Assembly: GCA_964276515.1 (NCBI GenBank)
Contig: OZ193910.1
Location: 6,138,001-6,202,000 of the forward strand
DNA: 64,000 nucleotides
DNA from: Gordius albopunctatus
Taxonomy: Eukaryota
Direction of reading: 5' to 3'
Shown here: positions 1 through 13,500 of the stretch, one piece after another
How the letters are laid out: the number at the start of each line of letters is the position of its first letter
How positions within the stretch are numbered: the stretch's first letter is position 1
Position numbers and translations under genes: made by a program
The notes under the pieces: model-generated
What the model saw: the letters and a program-made list of their open reading frames with translations, nothing else
Databases searched by the model: none
Told to the model about the DNA's origin: nothing

Positions 1-29
1 ATTGGGATAATCAGAAAATAAAATCCTTG

Positions 30-330
30 AAAATAAGGGGAGCCTATGATTTGGACTGAAGTATTAAATCACCCGGCAGATTATTATTTTGTCTAGCCAA
101 CGTATTTGAATTTACAAAAAGGCACAAAACAAAATAAATTATCCAGATGTCTCTTCCGCGAGAAGACATCAAAATAGAATACCATATAAAACTTGTGAGG
201 ATGAGGAGCCAGCAGAAACCGACATATTTTCTATTTGTACCAATCTTAGGGATTATTTAGCCTAAAGTAATGAATGACTATATAGAGGATCTTGATTTGT
301 TAAAAAACATGGTAGAGCTTTGTGATTAGC
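30..330 (+). pseudogene. Degenerate DNA-transposon ORF fragment (Chapaev3-like N-terminal region)
   Basis: Frameshifted translation GEPMIWTEVLNHPADYYFCLANV...INYPDVSSARR resembles the recalled PMVWREPxxHxxDCYFC...YPxxxSAIRP motif; stops and frameshifts present. Confidence 0.35.
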
Positions 331-410
331 GTTAAGTAAAAAAAACTTTTAGAACCCGGAGTGAGAATATCGTTTAAAAATCGTAATAAAACTATAAAAT
401 AATATCTTAT

Positions 411-2279
411 TGTCTTGATTGTATCTCACGCAGACTCTCATTGCTGTACAGTACACTATACTATACATGTTCCCCCCCCCCTCCCTCATCTCTCTCCCTC
501 CTCGCTGTATGATACGTGCATTAATGCCAACACGCGTCGCAGTTTAGGTCACGCGTGAATGATCGTAATGGAGAATGCATCTTTCTTTTGTTCGCATTGG
601 AATGAGATATTATTCGCATTTTTCTATAAAAATTATAATGAACAATATACGCGTTTCCTTCGCTCTACATATACGCATTCTATTGAGATTTTCTAATATT
701 CTAAGATAATAAATAAATGGAATTAATTAAAGTTGGAAATTAAATTACGTTACTATTAAATTAATTACTAGTTATTCAAGCATACTCAATTATTTATTGA
801 CCGCACTATATTTCTACTTGTCCCTTGTTCAGGTTCGATCGATTTCTGGTTCGTTCTTTCAATTGATCTTCTCGATTTGATTTCATTGTTGACCGGAAAG
901 ATGCCATATCCAGTACAATCATTCACGGGTGACCTGAACTGGTACGCGTATAATAAAGCGAGGAGAGAGAGGGGGGGATACGCGTGTTGGCATTATTGCG
1001 CGTATCATATAGAGAGGAGGGAGAGAGATGAGGGAGGGGGGACACATATATGGTATACTGTACTAGAGGTCTGCAGGGGCCGGGCCGGCCCGCAGGCCCA
1101 AGGCCGGCCCACGGGCTGGGCCGGACCTAAAAATGAGCACTAAAAAAAGTGCGGGCCGGGCTTGGGCTTTGATAAGTGAAAAAATTTAAATATATTAAAC
1201 TCTATACTATCATTATAGTATTGACAAAAAAAATGCATTTATTATCTTGATGATAAAAAATTTATTTTTTCGTACAAAAATTTGCTATTTAAACAGTATT
1301 ATTTTGAGTGAAAATTTAATATTATGTTTTTCGTTAATTATGTAAATTAATTGAATGGATAGAAGGTAGTGTTTGTTTTTAACTTCATTGTTTATTTTTT
1401 CCCTCGCTTTTCAAATTCTTAGATTGCTTAATATTTGTTCCAAGATCTCATTGACGTTGTTTTAAGCTTTAAGGTAATTCATTAAAAAATTTTATTTTAT
1501 AATTAATTAGTTTTAGCTACACTTCTCCTTCTTATTACAAACTTATAATATCAACATTGCTATTCTTGTTAAAACCATGGTAACACAAACTTTAAATAAA
1601 TTAATGCAAGAAGATCCTAGCTCTTCATGCATTAGTCGTCCATCTATGAGCAATTCAGCTCAGGTATGTAGGCAATTAGCTATTGGTGAAGTCGATATGG
1701 ATATCTCTGTTTAGGAGGACGATGAAAGAGAGCAGATTGAGGAGAGCAATGAATTTGATACTTATTTTAAATTAAATCTTAAACCGATAGATGATGAGCT
1801 TGATATTATTTCATGGTGGAAAGAACACGACCTTATCCTACCTAATTTGACAAAGTTAGCTGTACAGTTTTTGGCTATTCCAGCCACAAGCGCTACAAGT
1901 GAACGCACGTTTAGTAAGGCAAGTCGCCTAATAGAACAAAGAAGAATAAGACTACTACCTGATAGAATAGACAGTTTATTATTTCTAAATGACAATATTG
2001 AATTATAATTTTTTTTATTAATATCGTTTTTATATGCTATAACAATTTTTTCATACATGCAAAATTGTTTCTATATAAATAAATTTTTTTGAAAACATTG
2101 AAGCTTTTTTCTCGTGCGGGCCTGATGCGGCGCATTTTTTGTTGTTATTTTGCGGGGCGGGTATGGGTAAAAAAAATATATTTGTGCGGGTATGGGCCGG
2201 GCCTGACCCTGAAATTTTGGCCCATGCAGACCTCTATACTGTACAGCAATGAGAGTCTGCGTGAGATACAATCACGACA
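411..2279. mobile_element. Non-autonomous long-TIR element (MITE-like), right TIR interrupted by a hAT element
   Basis: 411-454 (TGTCTTGATTGTATCTCACGCAGACTCTCATTGCTGTACAGTA) is the near-perfect reverse complement of 2237-2279; 472-537 is an imperfect inverted copy of 980-1042. Confidence 0.7.
1064..2236 (+). mobile_element. Internally deleted hAT DNA transposon
   Basis: TIRs TAGAGGTCTGCA...TGCAGACCTCTA; 8-bp TSD TACTGTAC (1056-1063, 2237-2244); ~1790-2008 encodes a hAT C-terminal dimerisation motif ISWWKEH...LAVQFLAIPATSATSERTFS. Confidence 0.9.
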
Positions 2280-2450
2280 CTTATCATCCATGATAAATGA
2301 TATTTTGTGATGATATTGACGATTATTCAAACACCAAACTTTCGAAAAGAATGAATGACGACTTTAGATTCATCTAAAAATATTCTAAAAGCGGTGCTTC
2401 CGCAAAATGGAAATTAAAGCCCAAGCGTCCCTAAAGATTATGCCAAAGAT

Positions 2451-3460
2451 TAGTGATGCGGAAAAATCGAGAAAAATCTTGGTCTCGTCTCGAAAATCCG
2501 AGACGAGACGAGAATTTGAAAAATGAAGTTGAGATCGAGACGAGAATTTTGCTGTCGAGACGACGGGACGATACGAGATTTTTTCGGCGAGAACTCGACT
2601 TTTTTAGGAAATTATGGTGTATTTTTATTTGCATGATTCACATTTAAGGTATTAAGTGTTTTCAATATATATGGAATATATTTGATATTAAAAAATTCCT
2701 AAGTGTAGTAAATATTATATTTTTTTGCAAAAAACTTTAAATTTGGCAATAATTTACCTAAGTATAGTTGACCCTTAGGGTATGTGAATAATTTTATAAT
2801 ATCATTATCACATATTTGTATCAATAACATTATTAAATATTACAAACTTTTAGGCTTAGAATGAGTTCTGATGGAATAGAATATTATTAAATCACGCGCA
2901 CTTTAATTAAAAGTTTAAAACCTTATGTTCTTAATTTTAGAATAATGCTGCTTTTATTGTTGTTTTTACAACGTTTTAATATATGCAACTAGTTAACAAT
3001 TCTGTAAATAACAATATTATCATTAAAAGTCACTCGAACTTTGTGGTTGAAAACGCAATAGTAAACATGCAATAAATACTATGGGCTATAATTGATGATG
3101 GTAATATCAATGGACTTAAACGTTTGCCTTAAATATGTTAAGGTCTACTTTAAACTTTTAGCCAGGGTTAATAAAGAGTCTCAATTTGCTCAATTATGCA
3201 ACTAAGTCATATGTAAGCGATCTTATAATTTTCTAAGTCTATTTAGTTAACAGACACAGTTGTGGAGCTAAATCTTTAAAAAGTCTGTGTATTAAAGTTT
3301 TTCCAAAAATATAAAAGTTTGCCATTTGGATTTTTTAACACTTATTTAATATTTTTAATAAAACAGGAGAAATTTTTATTCCGTATATATTTTTTTAAAT
3401 GTCGAGAAGAGACGAGAACGAGATTTTCTTAATCGCTCCCGAGACGAGATCGAAACACTA
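2451..3460 (+). mobile_element. Non-autonomous hAT element (TAGTG...CACTA, GAGAC-rich subterminal repeats)
   Basis: 8-bp TSD CCAAAGAT (2443-2450, 3461-3468); many GAGACGAGA subterminal repeats; partial copies elsewhere in the window. Confidence 0.85.
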
Positions 3461-4159
3461 CCAAAGATCGAAAGGAAATTATGGAAATTTGAATTTTGGC
3501 TTAGAGAAAGATAATTAAGAATATTGTTGGCATATATGTGGAGATTTAAAGTTAATTGATATTCTGTTAATGATGCAACAAGGATTTACGAAACACTGTT
3601 GTTTTCTTTGCACATAAGATTGTAGGGATACACAAATGCTTTCCATATTAAGAAATTAGTGAGAAAGAAAAGAGGTTATTAAAGTAACTATGATTTGCTA
3701 TTTATACCGTTTTACGATTTCATCTAAATGTCAGATTATACTTTATGTTTATTTGATTTTAAGATTTTATTAAAGATATCTCGTTAATGGTAAATTTGCT
3801 AGTTCCGATTTTCTCACTTATTGACGTGCTTAAGCCTTACTTTTTGAAAATCATCCGCACACCATAAATTTTTCGTAAACTCGAATTATTATTAGTGCGA
3901 AGTTGGATTATTCACAATAAAAAATTTTGGCTAAGAATTGCAGATTCGTTACTTCTGCAGAAATGATACAATTATAAATTTGGTTTTGATAAAAAAATTA
4001 CGCTCATTAAGACAAAATTTTATAGATTAATTGAAGCAAAATAAAAGAACCAGTTCAATATTTGATGCCATATTGAAGGAATTCCCGTCACTAATAAAAA
4101 AATTTACAATAGCTGTTTGTCACACTAAGTTTGTCAGCTTCTTTAAATATTTGGATGAG

Positions 4160-6000
4160 GGGTGATGCTCGGCTATCCAGGCATATCGACGATATACATA
4201 TAGCCAGCACCTCGGAAAAAGAACACGAAAATCACTTAAGAACCGACAACGACTACAGGACTATGACCTCAGAATAAGTCCTTTATAATGAAAGTTTGGA
4301 GCTCACAAACTCGAGTTTCTGATACATCACATACCAAAAACTGGTATCGCTCCACTAATGGATAACATCAACACTATCCGCGAATTTCCACTGCCGGACT
4401 CCATAAAGAAGCTTCGCAGATTCTTGGGGATAATAAATTTTTATCGTAGATTTCTACCCGGAATTTATCGAACCCTTCTACCTTTAACCGACTTGTTAAA
4501 GAAGCCAAAAAAATCTCTAACTTTCAAGGACGACCAGATTAAAGCGTTCGAAAAGCATAGATACAGATCCACGAACAGAAATAACACAGCAGTCGCCGTA
4601 GTATTGGAACAGGTAATTTCGGACCAGGTAAAAAGAATAGCATTTTATTAGACCAAGCTGCGACCAACGCAGGTGCGATATAGCACATTCGGCCGGGAGC
4701 TTCTTGCAATTTATTTAGCTATTATTTCGCTATCCCATTTTAGAGGGTCGATGTTTCTCCGTGTACACTGACCACAAACCATTAATTTACGCCTTTAACG
4801 CTAAACCTGACCAATATTCTCCTAGAGAAACAAGACAATTACATCTAATATCACAATTTAAAACTGGTTTTCGGTACATCAATGGTGAAAGTAACACAGT
4901 TACAGACGCGCTCTCTCGGACGGATGTAGATTCCATTAATTTACCTGAAATTCCCAACATATAAGAAATTAGTAAGCATCAAATGACCGACCAAACCCTG
5001 AGGAACTTGAAGGAATGATCATCGTTAAAGGTACAACTAATTCCTATCCCAGGATCAGAGTGTTATCTCACCCTGGCATACGAGCAACAAGCAAACTGAT
5101 TTAAAGATTGTATGTGTGGCCTTCTATGAACCAAGACGTTAGAAATTGGGCTAAGTGCTGTTTAAATTCCGAAATAAACAAAGTTTATAAACACACTATA
5201 ACGACGCCCGGGATTTTCGCACAACCAGACGCAAGATTCTCACATATACATGTCTATTTAATTGGATCAATGCCACGTTCAAATGGTTTTACTCATATTT
5301 TAACAGCAATCGATCGTTTTTTGAGATGGCCAATGGCCGTTCCACTCAAAGAAACATCTACCGAAGAGATCGTTTTAAAGCTAATTGAAAGTTGGATATC
5401 ACCCATCCGCCGACGGACTTGTGGAATGCGTCCACAGACAATTAAAGACATCTTTAAAAGCCACCGAAAAAATTAAATGGAGTGAAGTTCTTCGACTCGT
5501 GTTACTTGGTATCCGTGCCACAACCAAGGAAGACATTGTACTAACACCACCCGAACTCGTATATGGAACCAACATAAGACTGCCTGGAGACTATTTTCTA
5601 CAGCAACCTGAGGCCAACAAACAACCGGTAATGGAACTGCATAACTTTGTAGACAAACTAAAAAAGGCAATGATTGCAATACCGTACCCCATACCGCAAC
5701 ACAGGAAATCAAAAGAACAGGTTAGTCAAGATCTGTTAGAAACTTCTCACGTTTTTATCAGAAACGACTCAGTTCGCAGTCCACTTACCTCACCGTACGA
5801 CGGGCCGTTTAAAGTTTTAGAACGCATACCAAAATATTTCATAATTGACAATAATGGGAAAAAGGAGACGATTTCAATCGACCTTTTAGAACTAGGGTAC
5901 ATTAACAGGAGTGACCCACTCATTCAGACCACAGAAAACGCTCAAGCAACGACTCCCGAAGTGGAAGAATCAACCAAGGTGAAGCGAAGAGGTAGAAGAC
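4160..6000 (+). mobile_element. Degenerate Ty3/Gypsy pol (RT C-terminus, RNase H, integrase)
   Basis: LRRFLGIINFYRRF, YTDHKPL, FSHIHVYLIG, YHPSADGLVE, PYDGPFKV motifs across frameshifted ORFs 4358-6191. Confidence 0.9.
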
Positions 6001-6071
6001 TTAATAACGGTTTCCTTTCTCGAATCTTGATCGATATATTTTTACCCAAAATATATCTAGCAGTGGAGTAT

Positions 6072-6647
6072 TGTAGCAAATCAGCTACTTCGATGTATCC
6101 AATTGCAGAAAAACAAGTATTTTTATGTAAAGGTACCGAATTGCTATTACTTACCAGACGATTATGGAATTTTCCAGTATTCCACAATTAACATATAAAT
6201 TCCAACAAAACAACCCAACTCTACTTCAATACAACTCACTTCAACTTCGCTCTGTTCATCCAGATATTCCATTTAGTCACTACATTCGCGTTTTACAACT
6301 TATCCTACCAATTATCGCATTACATTTGGATATTCCATTCAACTACACTTATCTGGATATTCCAATACACTCGACACACCTCACTATTCTTCCAACCTGC
6401 TAATTGACTCGTATCATCTTTACTTTAATATCCTCGCTTATATTTAATTTCGCTGTTATTCGATTTTTGTCCTTTTGTGGAATAAAAATAAAGAAATTGC
6501 ACATTTTTACATTTTTCGCATATCTTTACAAGTTTGAACAAAGTTACAATACCGGATAGATATTGTATCTCACACGAACGTGACTGTACCGCCAATCTCC
6601 ACAACATAACAATATTTTCCAAATGAGACATGGTCAGAACCACTACA
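6072..6647 (+). repeat. Putative 3' LTR of the preceding Gypsy element
   Basis: Starts TGTAG after a purine-rich tract (AGCAGTGGAG), ends CTACA; contains AATAAA; no 5' LTR seen to confirm. Confidence 0.55.
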
Positions 6648-7240
6648 TTCCCGTATCACCAAACGATATATGCAAAGTAGACGTCACAAAACCATTTAGC
6701 TTGCAAAAATGAACAGATTACCTTTTGGATTAAAGAATGCAACACAAACAATTCAGCTGGTTATAGGTGAAGCTCTAAGAGGATTAATTTTTGCATATGC
6801 TTATAATGACGACATTTAATAGTTAACACCTCAGAAAAGGACCACGAGGATCATTTAAGAATCCATCGTTCAAAATGCAATTTCGTAGTTTGCGAACCCG
6901 AATTCCTCATAAATTCGGTATTAAAATCGCGAAACGCAAGACTATTGGATAAGGTCAAGATCATCCATGAATTTATACTGCGGGAATCAATAAAGAACTC
7001 CATATATTCTAGCAATGATAAACCTTTATGGCATATTTTTACAAGGAAGAGCCCGAACCCTTCAACCTTTACCGACTTAATAAAGAAGTCCACTGTAACT
7101 TTCATTCATGATAAGGTTTAGGCATTTGACAAATCAAAAGCAGCATTGGCAAACATTACTACACTTACCTTTCTGAATATAGATCCACCCAAAAAAACCA
7201 AGCGGATTAGACACGGCAGTTGGCGCAGGTTTGGAGCAAT
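6648..7240 (+). pseudogene. Older degenerate Gypsy RT/RNase H fragment
   Basis: Fragmentary LPFGLKNATQT, FAYAYNDDI and TAVGAGLEQ motifs with many stops. Confidence 0.6.
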
Positions 7241-7505
7241 CTATTTCGCAGGAATTTACCTTCCGTTGACTGCTGACCAATGAAAAATTGACCACTGGCT
7301 AGAGTGTGAATCGAAATTTTTTTTCCTTATATTTTGCCCTTATATAATTATAGGTTATTTGACCGTCTGCTGGCTACTGACAAATGGAAAACTGACCACT
7401 GGCCAAAGTGTGATTGAATATTTATTTTGTTTTTGTTTAGTTAATATCCTAAATATGCTAACAAAAACTGTAGGCCAAATAATGTAATTTATTCACAAAG
7501 AAAAA

Positions 7506-10500
7506 TAGATAGATAGGTCCGCCCCGACTAACAGTCGTTTTCTCTTAACTTTTACTCGGGTTAAGACGAGTGAGAGTCTAAATCTTTAGAGATAATTATG
7601 AGGGCCTATTGGACTAGATGTCACAATAGTACAGGCATAGAGGTGCTGCAAATCGGTAGGTAACACACTCGGTTTATATAAAAATCATAAGTCAAACAAA
7701 AACAAAAAAATTTACATACCATCTACGGCAATTACTGGAAATAAGCGATATTTAGTCTCGATTGATTGCACACTGGTACGTGCTTGAATATTGTCAGACT
7801 GCGGGAAGAGGGCATGGTGGTTTATGGATGGTAATCATTTTTTTGGTGTGTTGGCAGGAAATTTGTAGGCTAGGTGGTTGGTGACAAACTTTTTCCAAGC
7901 GTTCCTGTCTAAGAAGATCGCATCTAGTTGGCCGAGTTGAAAAACTATGCCGTTTAATTCTCTCGGCGTGTTGTAGGTCCAGGTCCCACGGCATTTCCGG
8001 TATCCTAATTGGGGGGGGGGGGTCTCCACAGTAAAGTGGACATGCAGAGGTTGGGGGAGCCTCTCCGAAACTGGTGTGCTAAGAAGTTCCACTTTTTAAC
8101 CAAAATCATGTATTTGACCGGGGGAAGTTTGCATAGAAACCATAAATTCTCATTCCTAATTATTCTTGGGTAGAAGATTTGACAGACAATTCTCAAAATT
8201 TTGTTCACCTTTGTTTGTATGTTTTTGATTGAGCTTACCTTGAGGTTCCAGGTCTCGCAGCCGTAAAAGAGTACTGGGAGAATTAAGGTTTCGTATAGGC
8301 GAAGTTTGGTGTTTCTTGAGAACATTTTGCAGTTCCAAATTTTGTTGCATAGTTTGAACCTGTTGGTTACCTTTGTTATTTTTTCTCTGACACCTAGGGT
8401 GGTGTATTTGTCCTCGCACAGAGACACACCAAGGTATTTAACTTGGTCCGAGGGTTTCATAATAGAATTATGGTTCATGATACTCGCATTGGGTTGCGGG
8501 TTAAGGGCAAGTAGTGTGGACTTTCCTGCATTGATAATCAGGCCTCCTCAGGCTGCTTCTTGAGCATATCTATCATGCATGTTTTGTAGGTTGGACAATG
8601 AGTCGGAGATTGAGCAGACATCATCGGCAAACAGAAGAGATGATATCCTCGTGTTGTTACTCAACAGCAAGCCATCGTTTGGGAATAACGATCTCTTCAG
8701 TATTAGGTTCAAAACCAAGATGAAGATCAGAGGGGATAAGGGGCACCCATGCCTAACACCTGAGTTTGGAGTGATGGGATTTGAGAACAGTTGGTAATGT
8801 CTGACAATGAGTTTTTGGTTTTCATAAAGCATGAAAATAAGTCTTATGATTTTTTTGGTAGTCCCAGTAGACAGAGGGTTTCCCATATATATAAATGTTG
8901 GACCGAGTCAAATGCTTTGGAGATGTTAAGGAAGAGTATGTACAGGGAGCTTTTGGCGCAATTCGATTTGTCAATCAAGTTCTTGATGGTTAATATATGT
9001 ACGGTTGTTGTGCGCGAGCTTCTGAAGCCTGCTTGTGTGTGATTTATTTTATTGTCCATGTGCGATTTAACTCGGTGGTAGAGTATGTTTACGAAGATTT
9101 TTAAGGTGACATTAATTAATTTTATACCTCTGTAGTTATTGGGGTCAAGGTGGTTGCCTTTTTTGAAGATTTTTATCAGAACACTGCTAGACCATGATTC
9201 GGGCAGTTGTTCGTTCGTCCATATCCTTTCAAAAAGTGGTTGTAGGAGCTGGGAAGAGGTTTTTGGATTGGTCTTGTAAAGTTCCGCTGAGATCCCTTCT
9301 TTGTCGGTAGCTTTGTGTATCTTAAGTTTTTTTATAGTTCGCATGATCTCGTAACCACTAGGGGGTTGATAATCTATGTTGGCCTCGTCAGGACCTTTGG
9401 AGTCCTTGATAAATCCTGCATAAATATCTGTATATGGGAATGGGGTGGGGAAGGAAAGAATGTCGCGGAAGTGTTTTTCCCATGATTCCAGTTGGACTAT
9501 GGAATCTTTGGGTCTGGGGTTGGAGGTTGCAATCGGATGCTCGTTGTAGCTTAGGTTGTTCAAGCCTTTAGTTAAGGCTTTAACGTTTTTATAAAGATTG
9601 TGAGTATTGTTCGTTCTATTTGCAACCTCTGCTTCTTTTATTATCTCCGCCGCGTATATCCTCTTGTCGCGTTGCACACTGGCCTTTATAAGCTTGTTGA
9701 TTGCTTTAAGACGTTCTTTCTTAAATTTGGCTGATGATCTGGTTATTGCGCCCCACTCATCCATAAGGCGAAGGGATTCAAGGAGGGGTATTTGTTATGG
9801 GGGGGGGGGGTTGGGTTTTAAGTTGCGCGATGATGCGATTAGGCTTTCTGTTAACCAAGCGCTTTGTTCTTCGATGGTCATGTTAATTGGTTGTGGTGTT
9901 GACTCAATTCTCTTTTGCAGGTTCTCGTTGAGTAATTTAATACTCTCAGTATCATTTGCGCGTGGCAAGGGAGTTACGCGAGCCTTTTTTGAGGTATTAT
10001 GTAGCGATGCTGACGTGGTATAGATATCTGCCTCTAACGTGTAGTGGTCCGATGATATGTAAGGGTTAGGTTAGGATGCGTAATTTCTAACAATCTATTT
10101 GTATTTTAATTCGGTTAGGATGTGGTCGATTTGAGAGCCTGTGGCCCTATCAGATCTCTTGTAGGTCGCTAGTTCGTTGGGGTTTAATGTGGAGAAAGTT
10201 GATCGAATATCTGTGTTCATTACACCACTTGATCAGGATTTTGCTATTTCTGTTGGTGTGGCCAAGGTTATTAGGTCCCACACATGAGGGGTGGCAGTTT
10301 GGGGATGATTCCACAGAAGCGTTGAAGTCCCCTATAAGGATTTTAATGTCTTTTTTGGGGAGATAGGATATTTGATGGTGGATGTTTTGAAAAAATTCAA
10401 CGATGTATTTTTTTTGATAGTTTAAGGTAGGGCAATAAATGTTAATAAAGGTTAGCCGTTTGTTTTTGTGAATCTCAAGGGTTAATGTAATGATTCTCGG

Positions 10501-10566
10501 GGATACGGGGTTGTGGGAGATAATATGGAGTGCGTTCTTAGCTACTATGGAGACTCCTGCACCATT
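7506..10566 (-). mobile_element. 5'-truncated RTE-like non-LTR retrotransposon (APE + RT), degenerate
   Basis: APE IGDFNA (10150-10560); RT QAGFRS, GVRHGCPLSPLIF, LLFADD, LFYGCETW in broken ORFs; short (TCTA)n tail at 7506-7516; 11-bp TSD ACAAAGAAAAA (7495-7505, 10567-10577). Confidence 0.9.
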
Positions 10567-10580
10567 ACAAAGAAAAAAAT

Positions 10581-13500
10581 AGTTATATCTTGATATCAAT
10601 AATACAAACAGCTGAACACAAAATATATAATATCGTCAATACGTTACAACATCGATAATCAACCTTTTATATAATACAAATGGTAGTTATAATACTAATC
10701 CCTGCTTGGAAAGGTTACAGATCCTTACACCTCATTCTTTCAAATTGGGTAATTACCAGGTCCGTGCTGTCCCGCCCTGGAGTATTTCCTAATAACGTCA
10801 TCTCTTTCTCGGGGCTGACCACGACCTGAATGGTGTCCATTGTAACCACTTCCACACGTACCGGTTCCGTCGTCGTGTACGTGACTACCGGAGCTATCGA
10901 CACCACTGACGCTACCGATTCTACCGGCGGTACCGTCCTCTCATGCCTTGCTTGCCTGGACGGGATTCCTCGCCTACACATCGGCAGTCGGTGGAAGCTT
11001 CTGCATCCCCTGCAAAAGGCTCTAGTTTGCCTTATTGCTGCTGGCTGTCCTGCCTGCGGACAACGTGACGACCTCCTTCTTTCTTCCGCCCTCGTCACGG
11101 GATATATCTGGCGATTTTGAGGGTTTTGCGTCCACATTCTGACGCTGCACCCGGTCAACTCGTCTAGCTAAAACCCGGGCTTGGCCATGGTGTTTGGGTA
11201 CCGTGTTGCTCTGCCTACCCGCATTAGGTCTAGCTGCCTCCTGATATGTTGCCCGTCTATGTCTACCCGTCGCCCTTTCTTCCGTGCGGGTGCCTTTGTG
11301 ACGCACGCTAACGTAGGGTTCCATTCGCCGTCGCTCTCTCGGCCGCCCCCTTCGTTCGTGGTCTATCGGTCTCAAGCGCACCTCTACGATCACCAATTCG
11401 GTTCTATATTCCATCTAGATAAAATATAAAAAGATTATCATATTAATCTAGAGCTTAACTGCTCCACGTGTCGCATGTGTCTACCCGGAGAAGCTAGAAC
11501 TTCTATTTCGTACATTTTAGTACCTTTCTGAGATAGTATCTTAGCCTCTAACCATTTTTCTTTCCCTATATAATTACGCGCCCACACAGCATCACCGATT
11601 TTAAATTTAGAATCGCCCTGTGATGTGGTGCCCAATCGTACGGCTTGTAACATCGTATCGACTGGCGTGTGTGGTAAACGGCCCAGGAATATCTCGCTAA
11701 CCGGTTGTCGAGAAGGGAACCTTGGTGCGACGTTGTGGTAAAGTCGATAAAGTTTCGACCTTAGCGTTCTTCAACCATCGTTTCACCACAGCAACGTGCC
11801 TTTCCGCGAGTCCATTCGTACTCGGATGATACGGAGGGGTAAGTAAATGCTGTATTCCCCATTTACTACAAGATTATTTGAATTCAACGCTGGCACAAGC
11901 GGTGCCGTTGTCGGATACTATCGTCTTCGGTATACCAAAAGCACCTGCCAGATTTTTTAAGAATTCAACCACTTCTTCCGTAGATAACCTGCTCACTTGT
12001 TTATATTCAACCCAACTAGAGTGCGCATCTACCAGAATAATATATCGGTTTCCTTCAAAATCAAAAAATTCCAGGTGTACTCTTTACCAAATTTGTTTTG
12101 TGGACGACCATCTCGCCCTTCTTGGCGTGTCTTGGCGTCCTGGAAAGTTTTCCACATTGCCCGCATTGTCCCACGAACAAGGTAATATCTCGTGATATCT
12201 TGGGCCACCAGACGTGTCTTTTCGCTAGACCTTTCATCTTAGCTATTCCCATATGACCTGCATGAAGTAATTCTAGTACTTGAGGTCGCAACACAGACGG
12301 AATTACTATATTTTCGTTGCGTAGTAACACGTTGTTGTTGACCTCCAGTTCGTTTATCAAGCTTCGACAAGTAGCTGGTAACGTTTCTAGTGTACTCTTC
12401 CCCGTCAAGTAATTTAATACCAAAATTAAGTCTGGATCCTCTTGGACTAATTTTGCAAGACCGACATCTCCACAATTTTGTGTTATTAAGTTTACTTCTG
12501 CGAAGTTTTCGCCTTCTAACTCTTCGAATGTTAGACCATCATTATCATTTCCCAATCTTGATAATGTGTCTGGCAAGTGATTTGACTTACCTTTGCGGTA
12601 TTTTAAGGTTGCATTGAAATTTCCCAGCGCCAATAACCATTTTTGCAGCCTCGGACTTAACAATAGATCCCTATTGTCCTTTGCAAAAAGTGATACCAGC
12701 GGTTTGTGGTCGGTAAAAACATCGAAACTTTGATCAATTAGGTATTCACGGCAACGACTCAAACTCACTACCACAGCCAAAGCTTCCTTTTCCATCACGG
12801 AGTAATTAAGTTCGGCTTTGGAAAATTTCCGTGAAATGTATAGTATGGGGTGTTCTTCCTGACCGATTACATGCACTAACACACCGCCTACACCTAGATG
12901 TGACGCATCCACCGCTACTGCTAATGGTAGGTCGGGAACAAAGCATGTCAGAACAGGACATTTCGTTAAAATCTTCTTTAAAGCGTCGAACGTTTCCTGC
13001 TCCTTGTTCCGCCATACAAATCTTACTTTGTCCGTCGTCAACAAGTATAAAGGTGCCGCTATCTCCGCGATGTTAGGCATAAACTATTTGTAGTAATTCA
13101 CCGACCCAAGAAAGGATAGTGTCTCTTTCTTATTCTGTGGTGGTCGCATTTTAAGGATCGCATCCACTTTGCTTTGTAAGGGACGAACGACTCCATTACC
13201 CAATTGATGTCCCAAATATTTTAGTTCCGTCACTCCTATGACACATTTACTACGTTTTACCCGTAATCCTCGTTCCTGGATTCGTTCTAACACTGCCAAC
13301 AAGTTATTATCGTGCTCCTTCATTGTAGCTCCCACTACAAGAACGTCGTCTAAGTAGTAAAACACACCAGAAAGACCTTGAAATATTGATGCCATGGTCT
13401 TCTGAAACACGGGCGCACTTAGGCTGAGACCGAAGGGCAGTCTTTTAAACGCAAACAAGCCTAAGGAGGTGTTTATTGTGTTCAACTTTGACGAGTGTTT

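Noticed and set aside
1762..2058. 98-aa minus-strand ORF
   Set aside because: Antisense shadow of the hAT dimerisation-domain relic
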